A DNA stretch of 50,524 bases, the filler included, from Catajapyx aquilonaris (taxonomy: Eukaryota), in assembly GCA_000934665.2 (NCBI GenBank). It is 2 parts of 2 records of this genome, joined end to end, with 100 filler letters (N's around TTAATTAATTAA, not from the genome) between each part and the next. Parts side by side here need not be neighbours in the genome. Positions count along the whole stretch, not along the records: positions 31,777 to 50,524 come from JYFJ02007521.1; 1 more part is not named here. One strand, given 5' to 3'. Both the position numbers and the translations under genes were made by a program. Under the pieces are notes generated by a model. The model was given only the letters and a program-made list of their open reading frames with translations. It was not told where the DNA came from and ran no database searches. This document shows, piece after piece, positions 49,025 to 50,524 of this stretch (its first letter is position 1; every line of letters starts with the position of its first letter).

Positions 49025-49821
49025 AACCCTAACCAAAATTCTGCTGCCCAAAAAACTTTCCTATCTTCCTCTCTACCAGTCGGTGGTAGGCACCATTCTA
49101 GTCTGTCTGTCCCTCTCTCAAAATGGTACAAAAAGATCTGTCCTTGATAGTGTCGTACAATATGTAAATAAAACAAAGTGACAAAAAACATGCCTTGATG
49201 GTTTCATTTTAGAAATTGGTTCCACAGCTGGCTTATTGGCCCCGGGGGGGCGAATATCCCACGTGAACTTTCGCCAGCAGCCTCCCCCCAAAAAAGAGTG
49301 AAAGTTTTTCTCTCTCCAGACCCCCAGACATATTGTGGTGTAAAGAGTTCCGTAATCTATGTCATAGTTATCGAATCCCCCAATTTCGCCTCCTTTTTTG
49401 CGTGCAATTTTTTTTCCTTCTTTCTTCCAAGGCTACAACCACAAGCCCGTGAGACTTTATCAGCACAAAGCAGTCAAGGAAACTTACACTTCCGTGGAAT
49501 AAATACACCAGAAATTATTTGCAAATTTCTCTGCGCGAAAATACAGCCCAGAAATTATTTTTTTGCAGGAAAATACTGCCAGAAGTCATTTGCAAAAATT
49601 TTGCACGAAAATATAGCCAATAGCTGCAAAAAAATCATATTGCCATCATATCGATTCAGGTAGCTATTTAACGACTATTTTATATGCCGTACATAAAAGG
49701 CAAAGTTTGTCCGTATGTCCAATTTTTCTGCCGCTGTAACCACCCTATTCTGCCATGCCACAACTTGTAATCATTTTTTCTTCTTCAATATATTAATTAC
49801 GAACAACGGGGATCCCCTGCT

Positions 49822-49824
<3 letters not shown>

Positions 49825-49886
<62 letters not shown>
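49825..49886. repeat. (AAT)n microsatellite
   Basis: About 20 perfect AAT units. Confidence 0.95.
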
Positions 49887-49889
<3 letters not shown>

Positions 49890-50524
49890 TTACCCTGCCA
49901 AAATGTAACTATTAAAATAAATATAACTATTACAACAACGGTATGAGTAACTACGTATGTATAAGAAATATTTTCGCGATTTTTTTGGTACATATTGCAG
50001 CCAAAACATGAGTCGAAATCCAACAATTACGAGATATGATTTTGGGCCGCAATAACTTCCTAATTATTTGGCAATTAATTACAACAATAATTGCGGATGA
50101 TTTAAAAAAACGTTTTACGAAATTTTTGCAGATTGCAGCCAAAAAAAACATGCTTCGAAATCCCAACAATATTGCGAGATATGATTTTGGGCAATAACTT
50201 CCTTATATTATTTGGCAATTAATTACAACAATTTGCGGGAAAAAAATTGTCAGTTTCGCACAATTTGCGAGCGTAACCAACTCTCCACATGTAACTGTTG
50301 TGCAAGATTAATACGCAATGTAGGTTATAATACGGGGTGTGTGTGTGTATATAATACATATACGCACCACACCCAAAACACATCAATTTGCGTCTGGGTA
50401 AGAGAGAAAAAAAACAACTTATTATGACCGAGCGAAAGTGCTTTTTTTTTTTTTTTTTTGCAAAAAAATAATTTCTCCAATCTTAATGAACGCAGAAAGT
50501 TTGCTAGTACAGGGTGCTGTTAAA

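Noticed and set aside
49715..50026. Poly-Asn / poly-Ile ORFs
   Set aside because: Translations of the (AAT)n microsatellite.

Overview
Eukaryotic, very probably arthropod, DNA with spliceosomal GT-AG introns, ionotropic-receptor genes and tRNA-derived SINEs. It is two unrelated contigs joined by an artificial 100-nt linker (N44-TTAATTAATTAA-N44, 31677-31776). Contig 1 (1-31676, AT-rich) is a tandem-duplication field of chemosensory and secretory genes. It holds four intronless divergent IR genes plus two remnants, interleaved with three copies of a 9-exon short-lid pancreatic-lipase-family gene (one intact, one frameshifted, one missing the catalytic Ser/Asp). It also holds three copies of an unrecognised secreted protein built from tandemly duplicated symmetric (phase 1-1) micro-exons, two OBP-like genes, and a solo LTR, SINEs and foldback elements. 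Contig 2 (31777-50524, GC-richer) has about 8 kb of repeats/MITEs, RSL24D1 tail-to-tail with an RPUSD3-like gene, and the 3' part of a long-tailed myosin I. A >5.5-kb myosin intron hosts three antisense nested genes for small secreted proteins. The best candidates for novelty are the micro-exon gene family and the co-duplicated IR-lipase cassette. All gene models were built by eye; no searches were run.
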